The notes beneath the pieces were generated by a model that ran no database searches, had not been told where the DNA came from, and saw only the letters and a list, made by a program, of their open reading frames with translations. A stretch of 64,000 nt of DNA from Eledone cirrhosa (Eukaryota). The position numbers and the translations under genes were made by a program. Numbering within the stretch: the stretch's first letter is position 1; each line of letters opens with the position of its first letter. The stretch lies in contig OZ024740.1 in NCBI GenBank assembly GCA_964016885.1, forward strand, positions 167,710,001 through 167,774,000. The letters run 5' to 3'. This document shows, one piece after another, positions 1 through 13,833 of the stretch.

Positions 1-1632
1 AAAATTGGCAGAGGGGATCACCTCGTCCTTTGTCTCTAAAGCTGGCCAGAAAGCTACAGATCCTCCATATCGTGTCATCTTCTGAAGTGATTTGCAAAAC
101 AAATTTCGACGCAACACTCACTAAATTGAAACAATTTCGGAAATTTCTATATCACTTTTTAGTATCTGGTGACTGTGCCGAAGATGTAAGAAGAGTGAGA
201 AAAGACGTTTCCTAAATCCCTCATCAACATTTTCAAGTACGCCAGAACTAAATATGTTTTCATATAGACAATTAATTTTAGTTAATGATGTACCATACGT
301 TTGTTTGTGATGTACCATACGTTTGTTTGTATATATGCCTATATATAAGCGTGTTGGTTAGTCGTCTCTTTGTATATACGTTTATTCAAGTGTATTTTCT
401 TTGCTTGTGCATGTTTATATGTGCGAATAACATTGCTGCCTTGTAATAGTTAGTATCTATACTGTCAGTTTGTAAGTACCCAAAATTCTATTTTATTTAT
501 AACTACCGGACATAAAAGAAAGGGTGTATCTTTCATTTCAACCTTAACTAAGGGAGACTGATAATTATTTTATCAACTCCTCCCCGACTTGTTTTGGCAT
601 AAACAGGAAATTTGATCTGGAAAGAGATTTTAATTAAGTGCTGTATCAGATATCCATTTCAATAGATTTACTGTGAACGAACTTGATTATTATTTTACAT
701 TGCATAATGTGGATGATTTACCTCTTGACTCCCGGTTTTTTTTAATTGATTTGGGATATTGATAGTGGTGAGTAACATTATGTGTGTGGTATTCTTCCGG
801 TCAACCAAGTCTGCAATCCAGATTCTGGCCAACTCTTGTCTTATTTAATTCAACATTATCACAGAAGAATGGCGTGCGCATCACAAACGCAATTTAATGT
901 TGCATGCATGCATTAGATGGATAAATAAATTGTCTTCGGTTACCTTTGATCACAAAAGCAATTGACACTATCGCACCAGAGCGTGTAATAAAGAGACACG
1001 TATCTCACTTTTTACATCATTGGTATTTATTTCAATGACCTTAGACAGATAAAATATATAGTTTGTCCTGCACACGATTTTGAGATCAATATGGCTTACG
1101 GAAATAATTATATTAAAGATTTCTCTCATGAGTTCCAGCCTGTTGCATTCTGTAAAATGTATCAATAATGATCACCAATTGATGCGTAAGGTAACAATCA
1201 TTTAGGGAATGAGGTTGCGTGAGGTTGATGCTGTCCTCAATGGAAAAGTGTATGTAGTTATTATTATAAAAAAGATATGCCCGACGATCAAGCTTAAACT
1301 GTTTCACAATCATAGAGCATGTCAATCTCATAAGATGTATAAAATGGGATGGTCAAGCCTGTAACATATTTAATGATCGGTATGCTATGCTCAATCAGGG
1401 TTGACCTGGTAGTAAACAGCAACGATATCTATGAAACATTAAGGAAGGAGAAAATTGTAGGAGAAAGTATGGGAGAGACACGTAGAGATAGTGAGTGGGT
1501 GACGAAAAAGTATGAGATAGAGAGATGGTGAATAGAATATGAAAACGATTTAAAATATGCTCATATGTTTAAAACACCTAGCCATAATTTGACAAGTTCA
1601 TGCATACAGTGAAATGGAATTGCTGTAGATAA

Positions 1633-2890
1633 TCTATATATATATAAGAGAGATGTTTATTGGTTGGTTGATTGGTTGGTTTAATCATACGAAAACCACA
1701 TACACACACACATTTAAAGAGAGAGAGACAGAGGGAGAGGCAAATAGAGAGATATAGGCCGCTATAGACAGAGAGATACAATTGAAGTGTTAGATATTCA
1801 GAGAGAGAGCGTGAAAGAGAGAGAGAGAGATAGAGAGAGAATGATGTCCCACAAAAGACTAGAATCGGCTTGAACTATAGATCAAAGTATCAGTTGAATG
1901 TTTAACAACATAAAACACATTGGTCTGGCAAACCTAATATGTGGGTTCGTGTCCCATGTACGCCAATACTCATCATTTTTCCATTCAGATGTTTTTTAAA
2001 ATCCCAACTAACTGATTAATTCTATGTATTCAAATACGGCGTAAGCACATGTTACTGCCTAATATAGCTTTTATAAAGTCATTTTGCGCCACACATTTTA
2101 CAGAACACAGAAAAAATTGATACTATTTGAAATTAATCTACGGTATATATTAAGTTAAATTCTTTAGGATAGTTTCGTATGTTCTTATTGACCTAATTCA
2201 GATGACAGAATGTCAACCTATTCTCCAAGGCATTTATTTCTTTTCTTTTTTATTTTGCTTTGTATTATTTTTTTTTTTCGCGATATTTTCCAAGTAAATT
2301 AATTTCTTCATGTCACTAAAACACCGCTTATCTATCGGGGAAGTTACAACGTCCATCAAACGGTTGAAATCTTCAAGCGAAAGAGAAACTCAGGAACAAT
2401 ATAAAAAAGAAGACTAGGGAATAAAGGGACAATTCAACATTCTGATTTTTAGCAGAATATGAAAGGGAAAACAGAAAGGTTAAGACAAGAAAGACAATCG
2501 CAACTTTCTGAAAGTGTACAGCACCTGAGACAGGAAAAAAAAAGATTAACTCAAGAAGAAAGACTGTCGCAAAAAATAGAGGCTCAATATGAATATCACC
2601 GAGAGGCAATTAGAGTTGCGATGCAAACTCTACGAGCAGAAAGGACTCTTAAAGGCAGAATAAAATGGCTAAAAGCTGCGTTTTCATATGATCCATCGAA
2701 AAATTATAGAAATGATCTTAAAATCGCGAATGGTAACATGGATATAGCATTTATACAAACAATGTTATACGGTATATTACGGCGTTTGAATTGACGTCCT
2801 TTAGAGCTGAAAAAGATCCAAGGCCAATGCTACAATTTAATCGGCAGTTTACTCCCCCAGCCTAATAAGGAAGTTTTATTATGGGGTTTT

Positions 2891-2966
<76 letters not shown>

Positions 2967-3077
2967 TACGTTTTCACCTCACACTGAAAACTATACAACA
3001 CATCTAATACAGTCGTTTGCTCTTTTATCCGTCTTGTCTTAACTATTCTCCCGCGTGAAGCCGGGTATCTCATCTAG
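1633..3077 (+). mobile_element. Non-autonomous/internally deleted Helitron
   Basis: 5' A|TCTATATATATATAAG..AGATGT resembles the 5' end of the large Helitron at 44472; 3' CCCG-cgtgaagc-CGGG hairpin then CTAG|T at 3074-3077; ORF 2459-2794 has WLKAAFSYDPSKNY, matching WSHRAFHYDPTVNY in the N-terminus of the large Helitron. Confidence 0.75.
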
Positions 3078-3662
3078 TTGTTAATATACAAAATACTTCA
3101 ATGTCTTGTTGAAATTCTATACAAGCGTTTATTTCGGACGCCTATTAGCTGCTACTTCAAAATTATATACTCTTATGAAAATATAACATATAATAAAATC
3201 TGAATATAATGGATAAATGTGTTTTAACTAGAAAAGAAAATTTGCTCTGACGCAAAATAATATTACATTATGACAAAGACTATTGAATTTCAGATTATTT
3301 TGACGTTGTGTTGCAAAGGGATCGCTCAAGGCCATTACAATTGTAGTGATATGTTTTTAATATACTTAATGCGGGCGCTAGAGCAAGAACACTTTTATCA
3401 TGGATGTGCATTGGTTTCCTTTAGTAAGTTTCCCCCCGATGTGCAAGCCAAGGCAAGTTGTATTGTGGAAGACCAGCAGACTGCTATTCATCCAACTCCC
3501 CTCTTGCCAGCTTTGCTCTAGCGGAATAAGGAAACATGAAGTACTTTACTCGTAGGCACAACCCTCCAACTGGTCTTGATATTGTAACCATGACCTTATG
3601 ATCGCGAACTCAACATTTTAACCACTAGGTCACGCACCCTCACTGTCGTGGTAAACTCTTAC

Positions 3663-4595
3663 CAATCCATTACATATCTTGCTATCGTTATCTGCTGAAA
3701 AGAGAAAATTGATACTGACTACATTTGATCTCAAATCGAAGATGGTGCAAAATTTAAAAGAAATCAATTTGTACACATTTTAGTAAATATACAAACACTT
3801 TAATATTGACGCTTAAAATTGGCATTTGATCACACATTTAAGAGAGGAAGAAGCAGTAATTTATTTCAGCTTAGTATTTGACTGGTATGCATTTAATTAG
3901 ACTCAACAGTGGGAGATGCAATGCAAAACCGACATAGTTGGGATTTGAACTAAAAACATATACGCATGTAAATAAATACATGACAATTTCTCATTCCCTA
4001 GCGATGCTGCCAACCCACCTACCATCTTCATAAACAAACTCTCAAGTCATAAGCTCAGAATACTCGATCATCCACAACCTAACGTAACGAGGCACAACGC
4101 AATCGCTCAAACTGCTAAAACTAGCCGCCAAATTGTCCTCAAACCACATATTATCATATTCAATTAGAAAGGATACATTAGATAACGATGTAGTTCGAGT
4201 CTCTAAAAATGATTTCTTATTTAGGCACAAGGTTGGCTACTTGTGGCTGGGTTACGTGACTAAATCGACCCAGTACTTAACTCTATTTGTTAAATCAGTA
4301 AAGATGTAGGGCAAAGTCGACCCCAACGAGATTTGAACTCGAAACATAAAGTTTCATAGTAAATACCACAATATATTTTGTCAGCTACTGTAACGATTAT
4401 GCCTATCCACGGATCTGTTTCATACCCCTAATAATACGTCAGCTAAACCAGGCTTGAACAGTAATAACAGAAAAAACAACAGCAACAACAAAGCATTTTG
4501 TTCGACGCTCCAGCGATTCTGCCAATCTTAATATCAAGCACTTAAGTTAAAAGTTCAAATTACAACATACTCCATGACGAAGAGATGTAAGTATC
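3663..4595 (-). other. Possible pair of host-gene micro-exons (4571-4595 and 3663-3694)
   Basis: Both have a polypyrimidine+CAG acceptor and a GTATGT/GTAAGA donor on the minus strand; spliced, they read ILTSLRHGQITIARYVMD(W) in one frame; no homolog recognised. Confidence 0.25.
4225..4410 (-). mobile_element. Degenerate tRNA-derived SINE
   Basis: Shares ttaggcacaagg / tcgacccagtac / ggcaaagtcgac / gatttgaactc blocks with the copies at 25130 and 54285. Confidence 0.65.
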
Positions 4596-5134
4596 CTGCA
4601 GAGGAAATAAAATTGCTTGTGGAATTTTGGAATGTCGACATTTTTCAATGTCGATGTAGCAACTTATTACTATATAAAATACTAGCTTTGATATTGGATA
4701 CTGTAACTTCATTGGAATGCCGACATGTTGTCAGGATTATAAAGGATATATGTATGCATGTGACTGCGTGTTTATGTATATGTGTATGTATGTATGTATT
4801 TGTGTCACGCGCGTATATGTGTATGACTATGCGTGTGTCTGGCATGTATATGCATATATATATGAGTGTGAGTAGATGTGTGTAACACATGTATATGTAT
4901 ATACTGTATGTGTGTGCGTGGATGTTTGTGTGTGTGTGTGTGTGTGTTAGTATGTATGGGTATATTTACTTTGGAAAGATGTTCCCACTAAGTACATATA
5001 TGTGTAGTTGGAATACTCATATAGCCCATATTCGGAACTCTCCCATTACATCGATTCATATACCCACTCTCTCTTTCTCCCCCCCCCATCTCTCTCTCTC
5101 TCTCTTTATACACATATATATATACACACACACA

Positions 5135-5166
<32 letters not shown>

Positions 5167-5180
5167 TACATATATATATA

Positions 5181-6060
5181 ATTCATAGGGATATATGTAT
5201 ATATGTAGATATATGTATATATTTAGACATATATTTAGACATAGTCACAGATACATTATATGAGTGTGGCTACCTTTCACGGTGTGGCTTAATGAAAAAT
5301 TTAATTAAGCAAATAATTATTAACCAGAGCTATATATAAAATTGCAAGTTTGAAGAATTATTAGTTAAAATATATCCAATCTTTCTTCACCCTAGTCCGT
5401 AGTAATCAACCATATAAATAATCATTTAAACGAGGCTATAAGTTTAAAATGTAACTATGAAGAAATAATAGACAAATGATACAGACTATTTTCCGCGATG
5501 TACAGCCAGATAAAATTGATCTAGTTATTCCTTTTAGCCCGTAGAAATTAACTAGACAACTAATCAACTAAACGGAGCTAGGTCTAAAATAGAAGTTAGA
5601 AGAAAAAATGCATATAAACTTTACCAAAATTCCTCTAGTCCCGACTGTCGACATGTTTCGCTCGCACTTTGTGGATATATCCGTTCCTGGTATTATCCAT
5701 GAGGCTTCGAGCTTATCAAGAGACTCCTCAAGTTTGGACTAAAATTTCTACAGTGATCACCGCCAGAAATGAATTCAAAAATGCCTAAGTATCATCATGT
5801 GGCTAGTGGTCAAATTAGAAGGTTATGAATGGTAGCCAGGTGGCAAGTAGGCTGGCTGCTAGAAAGCGCAGCCAGATACTGCCTAAAGTTTTACTCTTCC
5901 GTACGGGAGTATATATTGAATTCATAGGGATATATGTATATATTTATACATAGTCACGGATACATTATATGAGTGTGGCTACGTTTCGCGGTGTGGCTCA
6001 ATGAAAGATTTAATTAAGCAAATAATCATTAATCAGACCTGTATATAAAATTGGAAATGT
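5181..6060 (-). mobile_element. Non-coding element with ~140-170 bp direct terminal repeats (5181-5350, 5920-6060), pLTR/retrozyme-like
   Basis: Repeat attcatagggatatatg...aattaagcaaataat occurs twice ~740 bp apart; flanked by (TA)n; internal hammerhead-like motif. Confidence 0.6.
5646..5725 (-). ncRNA. Type I hammerhead-like motif, U3-A8 variant, long stem II
   Basis: Minus strand: TTGATAA-GCTCG-(43 nt)-CGAGC-GAAA-CATG-TC; stem I poorly paired (degenerate). Confidence 0.5.
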
Positions 6061-6072
6061 TATATATATATA

Positions 6073-6162
<90 letters not shown>

Positions 6163-6168
6163 TTGTGT

Positions 6169-6211
<43 letters not shown>

Positions 6212-6580
6212 AGAGTTTCGTTTTGTGTATGTAAGTGTGTACGTGCTTGAGTGTATGTGTTTGCGTTTCTAGATAATAAAGAATTCACATGTACATTGAC
6301 GTTAACACATATACGCAGTTAAATTAATGAACACACTGTCACAAAGACAAACATGCCACCCACATACTCACACACATACACACTCATACACATACTATCG
6401 CACTCATATATGCAGGTGTGTGTGCGCACGTTTCAAGGTTAAAACACAGAAAACACATCTTCACGGGAACTACTCGTTCGTATACACATTTAGAACGAAA
6501 TAAATAGATACAAACAAGAATTTATAAATATGCCTACAATTGAGTGTGCGTGCACACGCACACACACACATACACACACA

Positions 6581-6642
<62 letters not shown>

Positions 6643-6679
6643 CCAGACACCACTGGATCTATCTCTCTACTCTAAATAA

Positions 6680-7463
6680 AACTTTACAATAAGAGTCACT
6701 GAGGAGGGCTCCTTATACACCAAATTCTACAGAAAGGATGCCTGCAGAGAAACTTTTCTGCACGACAACATTCTTCCCCACAGAACCAAAGTGATATATA
6801 TAAGGAATGAGATCTCCTGAATACGTAACAGATGCACCGAGGGTAGTGACAGACCTACCAGCACGGTGGAATTCCAAAGAGTTCTCACCGAAAATAGCTA
6901 CCCTACTTCTCTCACGAAACACCGAAATGCTATGGCAGCAATACGTAAAAGAACACGGAGGACTCTTACCCCTACAGGTAACACATGCTACCTAAAGCTG
7001 CCACATTTTAAAGAGAAGATACACAGCTACCATCAGACATGCCATTCTTAGAGAGGGACTGAATATACGGCTGACACACTCGTTATCCTCACTGTGGAGT
7101 CTGCTCCACAGACACCGACCCACATACAAATATGCACCCTTCCTAATTGACCCAACAACAACGCAGAAGTGTGCATAAGAACATATGTAGCCTATAAGAC
7201 CACATATAAAAAAATGTAGCTACCCATATATTGGAAGAACCATAAGGAGTCTACACATACGGATCAAGGAACATGTGACAATGAAAGCCTCTTCCGTTAA
7301 AAATCATCTTGACAGATTCCGCAATCAAGACTCTAAGGTCACCATAGAGGCGACTGAAAGGAATATGGTAAATTTAAGAATTATGAAGGCTATTTTCCTT
7401 AGCCGAATAAAACCAGATATAAATAATAGGCCTCAAATGCGTGAGGCAGAATGTCTAATGTAG
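6680..7463 (+). pseudogene. Degenerate Penelope-like element, GIY-YIG endonuclease region
   Basis: YIGRTIRSLHIRIKEH at ~7225-7275, followed by ORF 7275-7463 (SSVKNHL...IMKAIFLSRIKPDIN); frameshifted. Confidence 0.75.
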
Positions 7464-7499
7464 CGACCCTGCGCAACCTCATTGTTGAAATCTCAAGTT

Positions 7500-8180
7500 A
7501 CAGAGAGTTATGTCGTGGACTGTGAGAAGGGTTTTTCCAATGTAATACTGTGTATAGTGTTAAAATGGCTAACAAACACCTGTCCAAAATGTTTTTTCTG
7601 ATATCTCTTGTTAGTGCAAGCACAAGTTTGGGACAAGAAAAACTCATCCATAAAGTCGATAAATGACTCCACTGATGCTTCTCCACAGTTGAGGAGGAAG
7701 TACCTGGTTTCAAACTGTTTGAAGATCAATCAACACAGGCTAGATTGAAGTATACCATCATTAGTATGTTACCAGAATGGGACTGCTGTACAAAACACTT
7801 AATGCTGTTGAGACATTCTTTAAAGTACAGTATGGGAGTTTGGGGTGACTTATAGCACACAAATACTATCAAATCATTGGCTTTGTTGTGCAGAGTTACT
7901 GATTCACATTAACCATTGGAGATTATGATATTTCCGTCAGCCGGAAAGGAATCATGCAGGAAAATGGCAGATCCTCCCTTCCTTCTGCCGACACAATCCG
8001 CGCGGATGGCTGTAAAATTCTTTACCTTCACTTCTGCTTCCATGCGAACCTTGTCAAAATCAGTTTCAGTTAGGATGAAGAAAAGAAATATGGTGTGGAT
8101 GGTTTTAAACCCAATCCTCAATGAATTAGACCTTCCATTATTGCGTATTGATGGAAGGGCTGACAACTTGTGCATCAAGT
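7500..8180 (-). pseudogene. LINE AP-endonuclease fragment (CR1/L2/Jockey-like)
   Basis: ILTET...FTAIRAD...RKGGSAIFLH and FIDFMDEFFLSQ...TRDIRKNILD motifs in ORFs 7909-8178 and 7498-7729. Confidence 0.65.
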
Positions 8181-8335
8181 AGAAAGGTTGAGGCTAAAGT
8201 AGTGGGTGGTTTTGACAGTTTCAGGTACATGTTTTTAGTGGCAGCGATAGGGGTGTTGGTGAACTGGGGTAATGGCAGAGTTTGGAGTTGGGTGATAGCT
8301 AGAAGGTTTTTTTATCTCTTTTGCCAAGTTAATTC

Positions 8336-8397
<62 letters not shown>

Positions 8398-8834
8398 TTG
8401 TCGGCTGAGAGAAAAGATTACTCGGTACTATTTTTATTACGGCTAGATAATGAGGACTGTTGCTCTGGAAGTTCGCCTGTTTATCACAGGGTCACCAGAC
8501 AAGAACTGACGTTTCAATAGCAGTCACAGTATAAATAAAGAAAGAATTGAGATGGGGAGGGGGAATTAATTGAGAAGTGGTAATTTAGATAAGGTGGACA
8601 CGGTGGTGGTGGCAGTGAAAGAGGATAGGGCTATGTGAAAGATATATATATCATATTTAATATAGAAAGGGTTTCTACGGGCTAGGACTGTTTCATTCAT
8701 ATAACAAATTTCCGAGCCCTGTAGAAATCTTTCTATATTAAATATGTTCACACTCTACTAACGTATTGCGTATTTTATGAACTGTTGTTACGATTGAACC
8801 CGGGATACACTTATATATATATAGAGAGAGGGAG

Positions 8835-9440
8835 AGAAGTGGTTACACAAAAGTTAGTACTGACGTTGTTGGGACGCAAAATTGTGTAGGACACGAGGAT
8901 ATATAGAGCGCTCTCAGGGTAGTAAGCCAAACTCGCACGTGGTGAAGAATCTGCTAAAAGCGAAACTTCTACGTAGTGAAGAGAATCTGCTGACCGGTGC
9001 TGGAGACGTAAAAGGTGGTGGAACACTGGAAGGTAATATCCATAGTGGTAGAGCACTCAGTCCAAGGGACAAGTTAGGTAGAAGTGGCTACACAACAGTT
9101 AGTACTGACGTTGATGGGACGCAAAATTGTGTAGAACACGAGGATATATAGAGCGCTCTCATGGCTCTATAGAACCTTCCAGTATTCCACCACCTTTTGC
9201 GTCTCCAGCACCGGTCAGCAGATTCTCTTCACTACGTAGAAGTTTGGCTTTTAGTAGATTCTTCACCACGTGCGAGTTTGGCTTACTACTGTGAGAGCGC
9301 TCTATATATGCTCGTGTCCTACACAATTGTGCGTCCCATCAACGTCAGTACTAACTGTTGTGTAACCACTTCTACCTAACTCGTCCCTTGGACTGAGTGC
9401 TCTACCACTACGGATATTACCTTCCAGTGTTCCACCACCT
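8835..9440. repeat. Tandem plus inverted copies of the PLE 5' leader seen at 17388-17631
   Basis: ~245 bp unit repeated head-to-tail (8835-9160), then in inverted orientation (9175-9440); near-identical to 17388-17631. Confidence 0.85.
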
Positions 9441-9946
9441 ATATATATATAGTTTTGGGCGAAGATTCTGACCGACTAAAACTAAAACATATATTTTGCC
9501 AATCAAAATAGGACCATTGTTGGCATTTAATCCTCAATATAGTCTACATTCTTTTCGATAACCAATTGTCATCGTTCAACAAGCTTATAGATCTCCCATT
9601 TATAAAATCCCTTAGGTTATAAAAGAAAATAGGAAGCTCACTTATTTTCTATTTCGTCTCTTGATGTTTTTTCATCAATATCATTTTGTAAACTACTAAT
9701 CAAATGATAATCGGAAGAAGCAGAACCGGGAAGATATGATGGATGAAGCAATATATCACAAGTATGTACGACTAGGGGATTTTCAGGCAGTATGAGGATA
9801 AACATTACCTTGAAAAATAATGACCCTTTTCTGTTCGCGTACCGTGGGTCTTCCCGTCAAAATAAAACCTGAACAGTGATGGTAGATACGGAATGACACA
9901 CATACACACACACACATACACACACACACGCACACACACACATACA

Positions 9947-9988
<42 letters not shown>

Positions 9989-10137
9989 TATATATATATA
10001 TACCATTTAAGTTAGTTTGATTACCAATGGGTAGAACTGGTGGTTTTTGTTGGTAAACCATGATGTAACTAATCAATCAAAGCACTCAAAATTATGCAGG
10101 TCATCCATCGTAGATGTGGTATCCAGTAGTGGGTGCC

Positions 10138-10214
10138 GGAACGCCTGATGAGACCGTGCTATTTTGCACCATAATTAGATGATGGAGCTGTCATCGAAAT
10201 ATTTATAGTGTTTT
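10138..10214 (+). ncRNA. Type I hammerhead-like motif with branched stem II
   Basis: GGAACGC-CTGATGA-(GTGC/GCAC hairpin; GATGATGG/CTGTCATC hairpin)-GAAA-TATTTA-TA-GTGTTTT; stem I 7 bp with GU pairs. Confidence 0.55.
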
Positions 10215-10286
10215 CAAGCAATTAAATTTCTAAAGCTACTGTTCCAGTTCGGCCTTCTATTGTTGTTAAATAAATAAATAAATATA

Positions 10287-10353
<67 letters not shown>

Positions 10354-10488
10354 CTTCTATATATGTTATGTATATATATATCGCTGGAGAAAACTCGACC
10401 ATGGTTCTCGAGAATTTTACCCGCCCTAGACATAGACATATATATATATATATATATATATCGAGTAAGAATATATATATATATCGAG

Positions 10489-10951
10489 AAAGAAATTGTT
10501 TAGCCTGATAGTGGGGTTAAGAACCCTCGGAAAAATGGAAAAAGAACCAAAGATGTGTGTTTGACTCCCATGTACGTCAACACTCATCTTTTTCCATTTT
10601 TCAAAGGGTTCTTAACGCCACTATCAGGCTAAATAATTTCTTTAATTTCCTTAGTCAAAATACGGCGATAGCTTATATTTATAATTTCAAACCCGCTCGC
10701 TGTTTCGAAAATATTTTTACTCGACATTACAGTTGCTAAGATTATAGCTTCTAATTTGAATGGAAGAAGACGGGTGATGTGTTGGTGTAATGGTAGCACA
10801 GTGATCTGGATAACCAAAGATGCGGATTCGACTCCCATGTACGTCAATACTCATCTTTTTCTATTTTTCCGAGGGTTCTTAACCCCACTATCAGGCTAAA
10901 TAATTTCTTTAATTTCTTTAGGCAAAATACGGCGATAGCTTACATTTATAA
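10489..10951 (+). mobile_element. Fold-back/tandem element (~265 bp unit) with a tRNA-like Pol III head
   Basis: 10545-10685 repeats at 10812-10951; 10489-10545 is its inverted copy; A-box TGGTGTAATGG, B-box GATTCGACTCC and a T5 run lie in 10776-10860. Confidence 0.6.
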
Positions 10952-11019
10952 TATATATATATATATATATATATACAATGATAAAATACATTTTGAAGTT
11001 TATCATTTATTCTTTTGAT

Positions 11020-13125
11020 CCACCCAATACCCACACGTCATCACCACAACCACCATTACCGTTACTACTAACACAACCTTCTCCTACACAATTACGACTA
11101 TCACCACCAACATTACTTTTACCAGCAACATCACACCGCCATCACAACCGTCATCAGCATCGTCTTCAACACCGCATATAATTACCACCACTAACACTAT
11201 CACCACAACCATTACAACCACCACACCAACACCAACACCAACAATGAAGTTATCTCTAACATCACCACGACTACGATCAACACCACAACCAATAACAGCA
11301 TTACCACTGCCAACAACGCTACCTTCATCACCATAACTATACCCCTACTACTATCTCTACCCTATCACCACCAACAACACTACCAGCAACAAAAACACAA
11401 CCAGTCCCATCACTACCACTGCACAAACCTCATCCACTACCAGTAACACACTACACCCAACTACACAACCATCCGCATTTAACATCCTACCACCAGCACT
11501 ACCCTTTTCAGCACCAACAACACTACCAACACCTCTAGCCTATCAGCACCCTACCACTTTCAGCACTACCACCACCAACAACACGAACAACAACACTACT
11601 ACCACTACCGACAATAACACTACCGCCACAAACACCACTACCACCAGCACCACTACCACCACCAACACCACCACCAACAACAACGCAGCTACCAACACCA
11701 ACACCACTACCACCACCATCAATACCACCACCAACATCACTACCACCATCAACACAACTACCAACACCAACACCACTATCACCACCAACACGACTACCAC
11801 CACCAACACGACTACCACCATCAACACCACTACCACCATCAACACCACTACCACCACCAACACCACTATCACCACCAACACCACTACCACCATCAACACC
11901 ACTACCACCATCAACACCACTACCACCACCAAAACCACTATCACCACCAACACCACTACCACCATCAACACCACTACCACCACCAACAACACTATCACCA
12001 CCAACACCACTACCACCATCAACACCACTACCACCATCAACACTACTACCACCACCAACAACACTATCACCACCAACACCACTATCACCACCAACACCAC
12101 TATCACCACCAACACAACTACCACCACGAACACCACTATCACCACCAACACCATTACCACCAACACCACTATCACCACCAACACCATTACCACCACCATC
12201 AATACCACCACCAACACCACTATCACCACCAACACCACTATCACCACCAACACCACTATCACCACCAACACCACTACCACCACCATCAATACCACCACCA
12301 ACACCACTATCACCACCAACACCACTACCACCACCATCAATACCACCACCAACACGACTACCACCACCAACACCACTACCACCATCAACACCACCACCAA
12401 CACCACTACCACCACCATCAATACCACCACCAACATCACTACCACTACCATCAATACCACCACCAACACCACTTCCACCACCATCAATACCACCACCAAC
12501 ACCACTACCACCACCAACACCAATACCACCACCAACACCACTACCACCACCAACAATACCACCATCAACACCACTACCACCACCAACACCACTATCACCA
12601 CCAACACCACTACCTCTACCATCAATACCACCACCAACACCACTACCGCCACCAACACGACTACCACCACCAACACCACTACCACCATCAACACCACTAC
12701 CACCAGCAACACCACTACCACCACCAACACCAGTACCACCACCAACACCACTACCACCACCAACAATACCACCATCAACACCACTACCACCACCAACACC
12801 GCTATCACCACCAACACCACTACCACCACCATCAATACCACCACCAACACCACTACTACCACGAGCACCAGTACCACCAACAGCACTACCACCAACAACA
12901 CCACCACTACCACCATCAACACCACTACTACCACCTCCATCAGCACCACCAACACCACTACCAACACCAACATCACCACCACTACCACCACCATCACCAC
13001 CACTACCACCACCAACGCCACTACCACCACCAACACCACTACCACCACCAACACCACTACCACCACCACCACCACCAACACCACCAACAACAACAACAAC
13101 AACAACACCGCTACCACCCACCGCA
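11020..13125. repeat. ~2.1 kb ACC-rich degenerate trinucleotide satellite with 18-21 nt higher-order units
   Basis: Repeated ACCACCAACACCACTACC/ATC variants; produces the stop-free Gly-rich and Val-rich ORFs 11535-13198. Confidence 0.85.
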
Positions 13126-13669
13126 AAAATATAAAAAATATATTTATAAAGAAACCGAAGCTGAGGAGACAAAAAATACAAAAATGTAAATAAAGCAAGA
13201 CAAAAATTAATTAAAATGACGGCATTTTAAAAAGGGAACGCATCCGTTAATTAGGAAATATTTCTTTGATTAACTTTCTCCTTTGTAGATTTTGCTGTTT
13301 GTTTATTGTAATCATTGTTCATGTTTTCTGTATATGTATATATATATGTGTGTGTGTGGGTGTATATGTGTTTTATCTTTTTTTTTTCATTACCTTCTGT
13401 CGTATTAAATGGAAAGTTTGTCATTTTTTATTTAGGATGGCATATAATGTTTTGATGGTTTCTCTCTTTTCTTCCTTTCGTTTTTATTTTCGTCTTCTAT
13501 ATTTTCTTTTATATTTTTTTGCTGATATTTTTTGGCTGTTTTCATTATTTATCTTCCACCTTCTACTTATGCCTTTTCTTTTACTTTCTTCTACAATCTC
13601 CTAAACGATTCTTCAGATTCTTTTTATTCATCATCATCATAGTGTTGTTGTTGTTATTGTTGATGATGA

Positions 13670-13790
13670 TCTTCTTCTTCTTCTTCTTCTTCTTCTTCTT
13701 CTTCTTCTTCTTCTTCTTCTTCTTCTTCTTCTTTTTCTTCTTCTTCTTCTTCTTCTTCTTCTTCTTCTTCTTCTTCTTCTCATCCTTCTT

Positions 13791-13833
<43 letters not shown>
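13670..13833. repeat. (TTC)n followed by (TAC)n microsatellite
   Basis: Directly visible. Confidence 0.95.

Noticed and set aside
10501-10540. CTGATAG-TGGGG..CCCTCG-GAAA as a hammerhead
   Set aside because: Core deviates at G8/A9, with no UH or stem I partner
10776-10846. Functional tRNA gene
   Set aside because: Anticodon arm does not pair and the sequence is embedded in a repeat; treated as tRNA-derived only
11535-13198. 548 aa Gly-rich and 551 aa Val-rich ORFs as real genes
   Set aside because: Both are translations of a GGT/ACC satellite that lacks stops by composition; no domain, and no credible gene structure
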